The notes under the pieces were generated by a model. It searched no databases. It was not told where the DNA came from and saw only the letters and a list, made by a program, of their open reading frames with translations. Positions 30,605-40,710 of a stretch of 64,000 nt of DNA are shown here, piece by piece. The translations under genes and the position numbers were made by a program. The stretch covers positions 416,001 to 480,000 of the forward strand of contig CAWKKR010000001.1 in assembly GCA_963850305.1 (NCBI GenBank), given 5' to 3'. Positions within the stretch are counted from its first letter, which is position 1. Each line of letters starts with the position of its first letter. The DNA comes from an uncultured delta proteobacterium. Its GTDB lineage: Bacteria; Myxococcota_A; Polyangia; Polyangiales; Polyangiaceae.

Positions 30605-31224
30605 CCCCACGACGTGGCGAGCGCGGCTACACGATCGTCGAGCTGATGATGTCGATCGTCGTCCTGGCCATCGGGGTGTCGGGCGTCATCGCAATGCAGA
30701 AGGTCGCGATCGAATCGAGCCGCAACGCGAAGGAGATCGCGATCGCGACGCGCGTCGCGGAAGGCTGGGCGGACAAGCTCGCCGAGGACGGATCGACATG
30801 GTCCCTGGACGCGACCGGCTCGTCGACGCGCCCGAACACGATATGGCTGCAGCTCGCCAATCCGACGGCGCTCGTCGACTGGTTCATTCCGACGTACTCG
30901 AGCACACTGGCGTTCGGACCGGCCTTCGACGGCTTCGGCAACGCGATCGATCCTTCAGCCTCCGTCGCCATCGAGCACTTCTGCGTGCACATCCGCTTTG
31001 CGTTTCTGCACAGCGAGACGACGCCAACCGTCGGTAACGGCGTGATCCGGGCGCAGGTCCGCGTCTTCTGGCCGCGCGAAGACGCCCCGAGTCCTCTTCC
31101 GACGGCCATCGCGAGCGCTCTTTGTGCGACGAATGACACCACGCTCACGCAGTACATCGGTAACTTTCACGAGATCTATCTGACGACCGCGGTGCGGCAG
31201 ACGCCGCAGGGGCTCCTCAATTGA
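30601..31224 (+). CDS. pilV: Type IV minor pilin, PilV-like
   Basis: RG|YTIVELMMSIVVLAIGV.GV..MQ; operon position. Confidence 0.82.
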   Translation: MTPRRGERGYTIVELMMSIVVLAIGVSGVIAMQKVAIESSRNAKEIAIATRVAEGWADKLAEDGSTWSLDATGSSTRPNTIWLQLANPTALVDWFIPTYSSTLAFGPAFDGFGNAIDPSASVAIEHFCVHIRFAFLHSETTPTVGNGVIRAQVRVFWPREDAPSPLPTAIASALCATNDTTLTQYIGNFHEIYLTTAVRQTPQGLLN

Positions 31225-32552
31225 TCCGTTCGTTTCTATCCGACCTCCGCGCAGGCTCGAGGCGACTCACCGCCGCCTTCACGCTCGTGGAGCTCATGGT
31301 CGCCGTGACGGGCGGCCTGTTCGTGTCCATGGCCGTGTTCATGCTCGCGAAACAGGCGACGGGGCTCTATCAGTCCGAAGCGCGCATGAGCAACACGACG
31401 ATCGCGTCCGTCGTGGGCTTCGAACGGCTCCGGCTCGACATCGAGCGCGCGGCGTACCTCGCCTCTCCAAACCTTCGCCGCGATCCGAAGGTGTGCGGAA
31501 CGCCGGACGCCAGCTGGCCTGCCTACCTGTCGACCATGACGGCCGTGTTCATTCAGAAGACGGCGTCCGTTCCCCAGATGCTCACGGACAACAACATTGC
31601 CCCGGACGAGATCACGCTCGCCGGCAGCTACGCTTCCGTCGAGCAGTTCTGGGCGGCGTCGATCGACGGATCCGGCGGCGCGAACAACGTCGTCACGCTG
31701 CAAACGGCGAGTCCAGCGATGGCACGTCTCGGTTACCAGAACCTGGCCGTCGGTGACACGGCGGGGCAGGTAGCACTGCTCACGAGCGTGTTCGGCGTCG
31801 GGCGCGCGCTGCGCATCGTGGACGACGAGGGGCACGAACAATACGGCACCATCACGGACGTTCAGGGCGGCACGGCGCCAGTGATTGACCTGTCGATCTC
31901 GAGCCCGGCGATCGTCTATCGCGGGGCCGGTTCTAGCTTGCACTGCGGAGTCGGAGGTAACTCGGCGGGGAGCGTCGTCAACGTGGTCAACTTCGTGAAG
32001 TATTCGCTCCTGAACCTGTCGGCGAACCCTGCTTATGCGCCCCTGTACGATACGACCGTTACCGGGGTGTCCGGCACGGCGACGACGGACACGAGCCGCA
32101 CGGAGCTCGTGCGCGAAGAACTCGACACTAGCGGCACGCTCATCGCCGGGACTCAGCAAGTGGTGTCCGAGTTCGCCGTGGATCTGGCGTTCGGCATCAC
32201 GTACAGCGGACTCACGACGCCCGTCGGCAGCACGCCGGCATTCGAGCAGCTCTCGACGATCGCGCCGGGGGATCCGGCGGTCGAGACCTGGGCTGGAACG
32301 ATGACCCAGGTGGGAACGACGCGCGGCCCGCAGCGGATTCGCGGGATTCACGCCCGCCTGAGCGTGCGTTCGCGCGATGCGGACCGCAGCTCTGGCCTCT
32401 CCGGAGGGAGCGCGGACGGCGGCGGGCTGCCCATCCCTTCCGGGCTGTACCGGTTTGGGCTCGGAACGGGGGGAGGCGGACCGTACGCGCGCGTGCGGAC
32501 CGTGCAAGCGGACATCGCGCTCCGCAATCAGCGAGGCATCACGTGGCTCTGA
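31221..32552 (+). CDS. pilW: Type IV minor pilin, PilW-like
   Basis: AA|FTLVELMVA, L..DIERAAY, C-terminal IALRN; operon position. Confidence 0.82.
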   Translation: MIRSFLSDLRAGSRRLTAAFTLVELMVAVTGGLFVSMAVFMLAKQATGLYQSEARMSNTTIASVVGFERLRLDIERAAYLASPNLRRDPKVCGTPDASWPAYLSTMTAVFIQKTASVPQMLTDNNIAPDEITLAGSYASVEQFWAASIDGSGGANNVVTLQTASPAMARLGYQNLAVGDTAGQVALLTSVFGVGRALRIVDDEGHEQYGTITDVQGGTAPVIDLSISSPAIVYRGAGSSLHCGVGGNSAGSVVNVVNFVKYSLLNLSANPAYAPLYDTTVTGVSGTATTDTSRTELVREELDTSGTLIAGTQQVVSEFAVDLAFGITYSGLTTPVGSTPAFEQLSTIAPGDPAVETWAGTMTQVGTTRGPQRIRGIHARLSVRSRDADRSSGLSGGSADGGGLPIPSGLYRFGLGTGGGGPYARVRTVQADIALRNQRGITWL

Positions 32553-33199
32553 CCTCGAACCGCGGCGAGCGCGGGGCAGCTCTCTTCATCGTCGTGCTCA
32601 TCGTGACGCTGCTCACGGCAATAGGCACGTTCGCCATCCACGCAACGAGTCTCGCGCAGCTCGCTTCTGGCTACAGCCGGCGCGAAGCGAGCGCCTTTTA
32701 CATCGGCGAGTTTGCCATGAACACGGTGGCCTCCGACGTCGCCGACGATACGCGGGGCAACGTGAACGCAGGTACGGTCGGACTCGGCGCGGGCGTGAAC
32801 AACTGCCGCGAGACGGCGGCCCTTACGCCGCTCCTCACCGTCGGGGCGCCGAGTTTTTGCAACGTCAAAGACTCCGCGGCGGTGCAGACGCTCGCCGACC
32901 TGGCAAACTCGTCGCTGACCACGGACACCGAGGGTTTCTTCGGGGCCATGGTTCGACCGGACGCGCCGCCCGAGCAAGGCGAGACCGCGGACTTCCGGGT
33001 GGAGATCACGGATCACGCGCCCGCGCCGGTCCCCGTCGCTGGAATGCCCATCAGTGGCACCGCCGAGACCTGGCAGGACGCATTCACCGTCATCGCGAGA
33101 GTCGAGCCAGCCAGCATGGGCGACTGCACCGCAAGTGCGACCCAGGCATCGGAAAACCAGAGCATCCGCGGGTACGTCGTCTACACGACGCCGAACTGA
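32543..33199 (+). CDS. pilX: Type IV minor pilin, PilX-like
   Basis: RG|AALFIVVLIVTLLTAIG lacking Glu5, immediately before pilY1. Confidence 0.82.
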   Translation: MALTSNRGERGAALFIVVLIVTLLTAIGTFAIHATSLAQLASGYSRREASAFYIGEFAMNTVASDVADDTRGNVNAGTVGLGAGVNNCRETAALTPLLTVGAPSFCNVKDSAAVQTLADLANSSLTTDTEGFFGAMVRPDAPPEQGETADFRVEITDHAPAPVPVAGMPISGTAETWQDAFTVIARVEPASMGDCTASATQASENQSIRGYVVYTTPN

Positions 33200-33211
33200 G
33201 TCGAGTCCATC

Positions 33212-36200
33212 ATGAGAAAACTTGCGCGATCGAAGTGGCTTCTACTCGCGGGGCTCGCTCTATCGAGCAAAGCCGGAGCGCAGCTCGATGTCGTGCCGGC
33301 ACAGCCGAACATCATGCTCCTCGTGGACAACTCCGGATCGATGGAATGGAAGTCCTCGTCGAACACCGATCCGATTTGCGACCCGATGAATCCGAACACC
33401 GGAACGCTCACTCCCAACGACAAGAGCCGCTGGATCGAGCTCATCGAGGCACTGACGGGCACGATCAGCAACTACAGTTGCTATGCGGAACCGCGGACCG
33501 TCGCCAGCGGGTTCAACCTGGAGTTCGAGCAGGACATAAACAATCCGCCTTACGATCTCGGGTACACGGAGGCGTATCACCGGCCGCTCAGCAGTCAGTG
33601 CGCGCCGGGTCCGGGCACGATGCCGCCGATCACCGGGCCTTATCAATTTCCCGCGAACGGCATCACGTTTCGCCCATATCAGGGGTCGGGGATCACCCTC
33701 AATCCGGCGACGCCGTGTACGTTCAGTCAATCGAGCGACGGGCTCCTCGACGCCTGGGACGGCATCTTCCGGTTCGGCCTCATGACGTTCGATCCGCAGC
33801 CCGATCCAGGAACGGGCCTCAACGCGGACGGCAGCGCGAATTACACGACGGGGCGCACCGGCACCTGGAGTTACTTCTTCGGAACGCCGGGCGTCAGTTG
33901 CGACGGGCATACGCCGCTCGGGACCGTGAGCCAGTGCGGCGGAGTGAGCTCCGGCTGTTGCACCGGCGGACCATGGGACTGCACTTCGCCGACCGGCTAC
34001 GATGTCGGAGCGCGAAATGCGGCGGCTCCCCCGTGGGAGGGGCGGCTCGTCGCCTTCGGACCGTCGGCAGAGGACGGCACTCAGCGGAACCAGTGGATCC
34101 AGCAGATCCTACTGGCGACGCGCCCCTACTCGGCGACGCCGATCGCCGGGATGTTGAGCGACGCGCGTGACTTCTTCTGGTACGACAACACACCTGATCC
34201 GGCGTCACCCGCGCCATCGATCATGGGGCCGTCCACGGATCCGCTCGTGAAGAACGGGGACCCGACCACCGGCGCGTGCCGCCAGAACTACATCATCCTG
34301 CTCACGGACGGAGAGCCAAACCTCGATCTCCGGCCCGAGTGCTCGAACGGCACGGTCGACAAGTGCCCGTACGACACGCCCGACAACATCGTCAACGACA
34401 TGGTGACGGCCACGGCGCATCCGCAGGTGCGGACGTTCGTCGTCGGCTTCGCCGTGAGTAACGCCACGGTGACGAGCAAGGATGGCGGCGCGACCGCCGT
34501 CGATTGCGCGACGATGGACATCAGCATGTGCAACCCGCTGCCCACGGACCCGACTCTCAAGGCATGCTGCACCCTGAACGAGATTGCCTACAACGGGACA
34601 CCGGTCGCGCTGCGGGGGCCACCGAACCAGACGCCACCCGTAGACCACGCTTACTTTCCGACGGATCCGCAGTCGCTCCGCACTTCGCTCGCGACGATCC
34701 TCCAGAGCATCAAGCTGCCGTCGACGAGCCGCACGTTTCCGGTCACCGTGAGCGCACCGCCGCCGAGTGCGGCCTCCACCTCATCGACGAGCGGGGCCAG
34801 TCCGGTCGTCGGTTATCAGTTCACTGCCGGGACTCAGGTGACGAACGCCAGCTGGAAGGGGGAACTCCTGCGGCAGCGCATCACTTGCACGAACGGGGCG
34901 CCGCCGGCTCCGCTCGATGTGGACCCGAGCCAAGGCGATGACTTCGTCGCAAACGTGAACACTGACCCCACGAAGAGGACCATCTTCACGTTTCAACCCG
35001 ACGCCATTGGCGCCGGGACGGTGCGACAGCCGACGTACTCCTTGCGGCCCTTCCTGGATGCAACGGTGACCGACGGACTGGGCAACTACTCAGGATCGCA
35101 GACGAGCTACGACACCGCGACCAACTTCCCGGGCGACGTAGATCCCAATTCGCTGGCGCTGGCGGCCAATGCGTGTGGGATAACGGTTTCAGCCGCGGAC
35201 TGCGCGAACCGACTGCTCTCCTGGATCATCGGTTTGCCGGGCGCATCCCCCGTCAACCGGTGCTGGACGGGAGCGTGTAACGCGATCGGAGATATCTTTC
35301 ACTCGTTGCCGCAAGTCCGTCCGGGCACCCCGGCCGAGTTTCTTCGGGATTCGACGTACCTGAATTTCGCGGCCGGTCTGACGACACGCGACACGATGCT
35401 CTACACGTCGAGCAACGACGGCTTCTTGCATGCGTTCACGGTGAGCACCGGCAACGATCCGGCGGCCACGGGTTCCCGCATCACACCCCAGAACGAGACC
35501 AACAATGAGCAGTGGGCCTTCATCCCGCCAGCCGTGCTGCCCTCGTTCATCACGATGTACTCGGGGGACGAGCAGGTGCCCGTGAACCGGATCCCGGCCC
35601 TCGACGGGACCGCCGTCATCAAGGACGTGGGCGTGACTCAGGGCGGATCCCGCGCACTCAATGCCGCCACGTATCCTTACCGCTTCGAACGCAAAAAGGC
35701 GCCGGATGCGTCGCAGGGCGAATCGAATACGTTCCGGACCATCCTCGTGGAAGCGTACGGCCACAACCGCGGCGGCTACTTCGCCCTCGACATCACGAAG
35801 CCGAGCATCGACGCCGCGAACCCGCTCACGGCGGGGCCGAAGTTCCTGTGGCAGCTCACGACGGACGCGAACGGTAACCAGCTCTTCGGCAAGGGGAGCA
35901 GCACGCCCCTCATCACCACCGTGTTCATGAACACGGGCCTTTCCCCCGAGCCGAACCGAGAGGTAGCCGTCGCCGTCCTTCCGGGCGGCCTCGGAGATTC
36001 GCCGACGACCACCACGTCGCAGTGCTCCGCGGATGCGTCGTCGGCGATGGCGATCTCGGGGTCGATTCCCAGCGCCTTCCGGCAAAAGATCCGCTGCTAC
36101 GACGTCAGCGGCGGGTCGATGAACTCCGTCGCGGCGAGATCGCTCACGATCGTCCGCCTGGATACGGGGCAAATCATCCGGACCTTCCGACCGCAGGTGC

Positions 36201-37165
36201 CCGGGAACACGGCTCAACCGATCACCTTTCCCACCGGAACGGGAGCGGACGTGACGAACTACACGTGGGGGCCGACCGGAACCAAGGTCGGGCTCGACAT
36301 CAGCGCGCCCATCTCGGGCCAACCGGTGGCGTATCCTTCGGAAACCGGGGCCGTCGCGGACCGCATCTTCGTCGGAGACCAGGAGGGCCGTATCTGGCGC
36401 GTCGATGTGTCGAATACCGACCCGAGTCTCTGGCAGATGAACGTCTTCTACGACCCGTTCACGGATTCGGGGCCGAACATGGACCTCGGCCAGCCGATCC
36501 AGAACGCGCCTGTTTTGAGCGTGGACAACAACGGACAGATCACCGTCGCCTTCTCGACTGGCGATCAGGACAGCCTGACGCCGGACCCGACCCAGACGAA
36601 CTACGTTGCGTCCGTGACGGAAGCGGTGACGGTCGCGACGGATGGGACGCGCACCTACAAGTCGCAGCTCAACTGGCGCTACGGCTGGACGGGCGGCGAA
36701 CGAGTCCTCGGGCCCCTGACGCTCTTCAACAAGACGCTTTACTACTCGAGCTTCGCCGAAGGCGCGGACTGCACCGACATCGGCGCGAGCACCATCTGGG
36801 GCGTGGACTATCTGCAGCCCAAGGACGCCACGTTGCTCAGTGGCGGACTCCTCGCAAAGCAGGCCGACGGCTCCTCGGATTTCAAGGTGACCGAGGATGG
36901 AGCCGTGGTCGCCGGCGTGGCGCTCCGCCAGCTCCCCTCGTGCAATACGAACGTGACGAACTCGGGGGGGTCCGATAGTTTCCTCGGGTACGGCAACATG
37001 ACGCAGACGACCACCACGACCCCTGGTAGCTTCCAGCTGGTGTTCATCAAGGGTGGCTCGACCGTCGGCGCGACCACGACGACACCCCTCGTCACGCAAA
37101 CCATCGCGCTACCTCCCCCAAAGACCCCAACGCGTATCGACTCGTGGGCCCCCATCATCGAGTGA
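33212..37165 (+). CDS. pilY1: PilY1 tip adhesin (vWA-like N-terminal region, C-terminal beta-propeller)
   Basis: Signal peptide; NIMLLVDNSGSM and IILLTDGEP; IGDIFHS.P, NDGFLHAF, WAFIPP, YFALDIT, GDQEGRIWRVD. Confidence 0.92.
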   Translation: MRKLARSKWLLLAGLALSSKAGAQLDVVPAQPNIMLLVDNSGSMEWKSSSNTDPICDPMNPNTGTLTPNDKSRWIELIEALTGTISNYSCYAEPRTVASGFNLEFEQDINNPPYDLGYTEAYHRPLSSQCAPGPGTMPPITGPYQFPANGITFRPYQGSGITLNPATPCTFSQSSDGLLDAWDGIFRFGLMTFDPQPDPGTGLNADGSANYTTGRTGTWSYFFGTPGVSCDGHTPLGTVSQCGGVSSGCCTGGPWDCTSPTGYDVGARNAAAPPWEGRLVAFGPSAEDGTQRNQWIQQILLATRPYSATPIAGMLSDARDFFWYDNTPDPASPAPSIMGPSTDPLVKNGDPTTGACRQNYIILLTDGEPNLDLRPECSNGTVDKCPYDTPDNIVNDMVTATAHPQVRTFVVGFAVSNATVTSKDGGATAVDCATMDISMCNPLPTDPTLKACCTLNEIAYNGTPVALRGPPNQTPPVDHAYFPTDPQSLRTSLATILQSIKLPSTSRTFPVTVSAPPPSAASTSSTSGASPVVGYQFTAGTQVTNASWKGELLRQRITCTNGAPPAPLDVDPSQGDDFVANVNTDPTKRTIFTFQPDAIGAGTVRQPTYSLRPFLDATVTDGLGNYSGSQTSYDTATNFPGDVDPNSLALAANACGITVSAADCANRLLSWIIGLPGASPVNRCWTGACNAIGDIFHSLPQVRPGTPAEFLRDSTYLNFAAGLTTRDTMLYTSSNDGFLHAFTVSTGNDPAATGSRITPQNETNNEQWAFIPPAVLPSFITMYSGDEQVPVNRIPALDGTAVIKDVGVTQGGSRALNAATYPYRFERKKAPDASQGESNTFRTILVEAYGHNRGGYFALDITKPSIDAANPLTAGPKFLWQLTTDANGNQLFGKGSSTPLITTVFMNTGLSPEPNREVAVAVLPGGLGDSPTTTTSQCSADASSAMAISGSIPSAFRQKIRCYDVSGGSMNSVAARSLTIVRLDTGQIIRTFRPQVPGNTAQPITFPTGTGADVTNYTWGPTGTKVGLDISAPISGQPVAYPSETGAVADRIFVGDQEGRIWRVDVSNTDPSLWQMNVFYDPFTDSGPNMDLGQPIQNAPVLSVDNNGQITVAFSTGDQDSLTPDPTQTNYVASVTEAVTVATDGTRTYKSQLNWRYGWTGGERVLGPLTLFNKTLYYSSFAEGADCTDIGASTIWGVDYLQPKDATLLSGGLLAKQADGSSDFKVTEDGAVVAGVALRQLPSCNTNVTNSGGSDSFLGYGNMTQTTTTTPGSFQLVFIKGGSTVGATTTTPLVTQTIALPPPKTPTRIDSWAPIIE

Positions 37166-37680
37166 GGAAGCTCCTTGGTCCGGCGCTCGTGCTGCTCGCG
37201 AGCGGATGCCGACGGCCCCCGCCCGCGCATCTGACGCTCGCTCCGTCGGCCAGCGCGACGCTGCCGCCGATCGATCACCTGGCGCCTGGAGAGCTGCTCC
37301 CGGGTGACCAGCGTCTGTTCGGACTGCTCCTTCCCCGGGGCATGGGAGTGGGCGCCAGCGAGCCGGGAACCGCGTACGCGAAGGGTCCGCTCACGCCCGA
37401 AGACGTCGCAAACTACGTCCGCGATCGAGTCGACAATCGACGTATCGAGCTCGGGGCCGTCGGAACCGTGTTCTCGTCGGTGCACATCCTGGGGGGCGAC
37501 CCGTCGAGGCTTTATCGCATCGACGTGAACCCGGCGGGGGCCGGCACGGAGCTCGTCTTCCACGATGTTTCGCCGAAGCCCACCCCGATTCCCGATCCGC
37601 ACCTGACGGACGCCGAGCGCTGGAAGCGCGCGGGCTACACGCCGAATGGTCGGCCCCTGGATCCGATGAATCTACGGTAA
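37162..37680 (+). CDS. Hypothetical lipoprotein coupled to pilY1
   Basis: GTGA overlap with the pilY1 stop; lipobox-like LASGC. Confidence 0.75.
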   Translation: MRKLLGPALVLLASGCRRPPPAHLTLAPSASATLPPIDHLAPGELLPGDQRLFGLLLPRGMGVGASEPGTAYAKGPLTPEDVANYVRDRVDNRRIELGAVGTVFSSVHILGGDPSRLYRIDVNPAGAGTELVFHDVSPKPTPIPDPHLTDAERWKRAGYTPNGRPLDPMNLR

Positions 37681-37754
37681 GACTCGTGCGGGAGTCCCTC
37701 TCGCAACGGCCAGGACCGGTTGTCGCGGCGAGGAAATCACGGTACCGAACGCCG

Positions 37755-38861
37755 ATGACCGAGCTCCGGCGCACACCGCTCCACGCTGAACACGTTCGCC
37801 TCGGCGCTCGACTCGTGCCGTTCGCGGGGTGGGAAATGCCGGTGCAGTACAAGGGCATCTCCGCGGAACACGCGGCGGTCCGCGAACGCGTGGGGGTGTT
37901 CGACGTCTCCCACATGGGCGAGCTCTGGTTCACGGGCCCGGCTGCGGTCGCCGTCGTCGATTCGCTCGTAACGAACGACATCGGAAAGCTCCCTGACGGC
38001 AAGGCCGCATACACGTGCTGCTGCAACGAACGCGGGACCATCCTCGACGATCTCATCGTCTATCGCTTCTCCGGAGACCGCGTGCTCGTCGTGTGCAACG
38101 CGTCCAATCGAGACAAGATCGCCGCCCACTTCCGCAACCACGCCGCCGGAAAGACGACGCTCGAAGACGCGAGCGACCGGACGGCGCTCATCGCTCTTCA
38201 AGGCCCCAGGGCGCTCGCGACTCTTTCGGCGGCGGGCGTCGGAATTGCCGACGTCGCGAATGCGCTCGCGACGTTTCGCATTCGCGAGACGTCGGTAGCC
38301 GGCCATCCCGCCATCGTTGCCCGTACCGGATACACGGGAGAAGATGGCGTCGAGATCTTCTGCGCCAGCGAGGACGCCGTTGCGATCTGGTCCGCTCTGC
38401 TCGAGACCGGCGCGTCGTACGGCATCGAGCCGATCGGCCTCGGCGCGCGCGACACCCTCCGGCTCGAAGCTCGGCTGGCACTTTACGGCAACGACATCGA
38501 CGAGACCACGAACCCGATCGAGGCCGGCCTCGGCTGGGTGGTGAAGCTCGACAAGACGGACTTCATCGGCAAGAGCGCGCTCATGACCGTCAAGAGCGAA
38601 GGCACGCCGAGGAAGCTGGTTGGCTTCGAAATGACGGGCCGTGGGGTGGCCCGCCACGGCTACGACCTGAAAGATGCGAGCGGCGTCAAGGTGGGCGTCT
38701 GCACCTCCGGCGGGCCCTCCCCCACCCTGGGCAAGAACATCGGGCTCGGCTACTTGCGGGCGTCATTGGGCGCCGTCGGGACCGACTTTCTCGTGGATTG
38801 CCGCGGACGAGACATCGCGGCGCGCGTGGTCACGACACCTTTCTACAAGCGTCGAGCCTAG
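37755..38861 (+). CDS. gcvT: Glycine cleavage system aminomethyltransferase T
   Basis: FAGWEMPVQY, FDVSHMGE, RTGYTGEDG.E, GLGARDTLRLEA, PFY. Confidence 0.97.
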   Translation: MTELRRTPLHAEHVRLGARLVPFAGWEMPVQYKGISAEHAAVRERVGVFDVSHMGELWFTGPAAVAVVDSLVTNDIGKLPDGKAAYTCCCNERGTILDDLIVYRFSGDRVLVVCNASNRDKIAAHFRNHAAGKTTLEDASDRTALIALQGPRALATLSAAGVGIADVANALATFRIRETSVAGHPAIVARTGYTGEDGVEIFCASEDAVAIWSALLETGASYGIEPIGLGARDTLRLEARLALYGNDIDETTNPIEAGLGWVVKLDKTDFIGKSALMTVKSEGTPRKLVGFEMTGRGVARHGYDLKDASGVKVGVCTSGGPSPTLGKNIGLGYLRASLGAVGTDFLVDCRGRDIAARVVTTPFYKRRA

Positions 38862-38876
38862 CCGCCACAGGGCAGC

Positions 38877-38910
38877 CGGCTCATCGCGGCTCATCACGGC
38901 TCATTGCGGC
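38877..38910. repeat. Three phased 10-bp direct repeats (cggctcatNN) in the gcvT-gcvH spacer
   Basis: cggctcatcg cggctcatca cggctcattg cggc. Confidence 0.7.
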
Positions 38911-38940
38911 CCCTCGGAAAGCAGTGTTAAGGAATCGAAA

Positions 38941-39339
38941 ATGGCCATCGCCACTGACGTGAAAGACGACCGCCGCTACACGAAGGATCACGAGTGGGCG
39001 CTCGAGAAGGCCGGGGAAACCGTCGTCGGGATCACGGCGTTCGCCGTGGATCAGCTCGGTGACATCACCCTCGTGAACTTCGACGTGAAGCCGGGCGATA
39101 GCGTCACGGCCGGTAAAGCGTTCGGCACCATCGAGAGCGTGAAGACCCTGAGCGATCTCTTCGCGCCGATGAGCGGTAAGGTCGTGCGCGTGAACAAGAG
39201 CCTCGAGGACAAGCCCGAGCTCGTGAACGAGGATTGCTGGGGCGAAGGCTGGATGGTCGCGATCCTGCCATCCGGAGCGACCGGCGAGCTCATGGATGCC
39301 ACCGCGTACAAGACCTTCGTGATGGAGTCGGCCCACTGA
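38941..39339 (+). CDS. gcvH: Glycine cleavage system H protein
   Basis: YTKDHEW, GIT.FA.DQLGDI, IESVK (lipoyl lysine), PELVN.D..GEGW. Confidence 0.97.
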   Translation: MAIATDVKDDRRYTKDHEWALEKAGETVVGITAFAVDQLGDITLVNFDVKPGDSVTAGKAFGTIESVKTLSDLFAPMSGKVVRVNKSLEDKPELVNEDCWGEGWMVAILPSGATGELMDATAYKTFVMESAH

Positions 39340-40697
39340 TGATGCGCTACCTCCCCCACACGGAGGAGGAGATCGCTGAGATGCTTGCCGTCATCGGTAA
39401 GACAACGGTCGACGATCTCTTCACGAGCATCCCCGAAGAAGCGCGGTTTCGCGGCAAGCTCGCCGTGCCGGATGCGCTCGACGAAGCGTCACTGATGGGG
39501 CAGATGTCCGCGCTCGCCGCGAAGAACAGCGCCGCGACGATGCTCTCGTTCCTCGGCGCGGGCGCCTACGCGCATCACATTCCGCCGGCGGTCGATCAGC
39601 TCCTGCTGCGAAGCGAATTTTATACGGCCTACACGCCGTACCAGCCTGAAGTCGCCCAGGGAACGCTTCAAGCGATCTGGGAGTTTCAGACAATCGTGAG
39701 CGAGATCTACGGACTTCCGCTGGCGAACGCGAGCCTCTACGATGGTGCGAGCGCAGCTGCCGAGGGCGCGCAGATGGCACGGCGACTGACGAAGCGCGAA
39801 CGCGTGCTCGTGTGCAGGTCGGTTCACCCGGATTACCGGAAGGTCGTGGAGACGTATCTCGGCGGCGCGGCGCGCGGGCGCTACGCGGAGGTTGCGCTCG
39901 GCGATGACGGCGGGCCGAGCCTTTCGGCGATCGAGGCGGCGCTCGCGGACGATACCGCGTGTGTCGTGGTTGGATACCCGAGCTTCTACGGCACTCTCTC
40001 GGATCTCTCCCGCATCGCGGAACTCGTGCACGGGCGCGGGGCGCTTCTCGTCACCGCGAATTCGGAGCCCTACGCACTCGCCATAGCAGAGTCACCGGGC
40101 GGGCTCGGGGCCGACATCGCCGTCGGGGAGGGTCAGCCGCTCGCATGCCCGCCGGGCTTCGGCGGTCCTGGAGTCGGCTTGTTCGCCTGCAGGGACGACC
40201 GACAGTACCTGCAGCAGCTACCCGGCAGGCTTTGCGGCGCCACGGTCGACACGAACGGCAAGCGCGGCTTCGTGCTGACGTTATCGACGCGCGAGCAGCA
40301 CATCCGTCGTGAGCGAGCGACCAGCAACATCTGTACGAATCAGGGACTCCTTGCGCTATCGCTCACGATTCGCACGAGCATGCTCGGCAAGCGCGGGTTC
40401 GTGGAAGCCGGGCAGCAGTGTCTCTCGAAGGCCGTCTATCTACGCGACCGGATCCTGGAGCTCCCGGGGTACTCGGCCTCGTTCGCGCCCGCTCCCTTCT
40501 TCAACGAATTCGCGGTGCGCACCCGCGGGGGGGATGCGGCTCGCGTGTGCACCGAGCTCGAGAAGAGCGGGATCGTGGCGGGTCTCGATCTCGCGCGCGT
40601 CGCTCCGGAGATGCGCGGTTCGCTGCTCATCGCAGTGACCGAGACACACACTCGCGCGGACCTCGATCGATTCAGGGATGCGCTCGGCCGGGTTTGA
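39339..40697 (+). CDS. gcvPA: Glycine dehydrogenase subunit 1
   Basis: MRYLPHT, FLGAG.Y.H, EFYTAYTPYQPE..QG.LQ, NASLYDGA, TREQHIRRERATSNICTN. Confidence 0.97.
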   Translation: MMRYLPHTEEEIAEMLAVIGKTTVDDLFTSIPEEARFRGKLAVPDALDEASLMGQMSALAAKNSAATMLSFLGAGAYAHHIPPAVDQLLLRSEFYTAYTPYQPEVAQGTLQAIWEFQTIVSEIYGLPLANASLYDGASAAAEGAQMARRLTKRERVLVCRSVHPDYRKVVETYLGGAARGRYAEVALGDDGGPSLSAIEAALADDTACVVVGYPSFYGTLSDLSRIAELVHGRGALLVTANSEPYALAIAESPGGLGADIAVGEGQPLACPPGFGGPGVGLFACRDDRQYLQQLPGRLCGATVDTNGKRGFVLTLSTREQHIRRERATSNICTNQGLLALSLTIRTSMLGKRGFVEAGQQCLSKAVYLRDRILELPGYSASFAPAPFFNEFAVRTRGGDAARVCTELEKSGIVAGLDLARVAPEMRGSLLIAVTETHTRADLDRFRDALGRV

Positions 40698-40710
40698 GTT
40701 AGTGAGAAAA

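Noticed and set aside
37681..37754. Glycine riboswitch upstream of gcvT
   Set aside because: Only about 75 bp are available and the characteristic GGAGA...CCGAAG...CTCTCAGG elements are not present.
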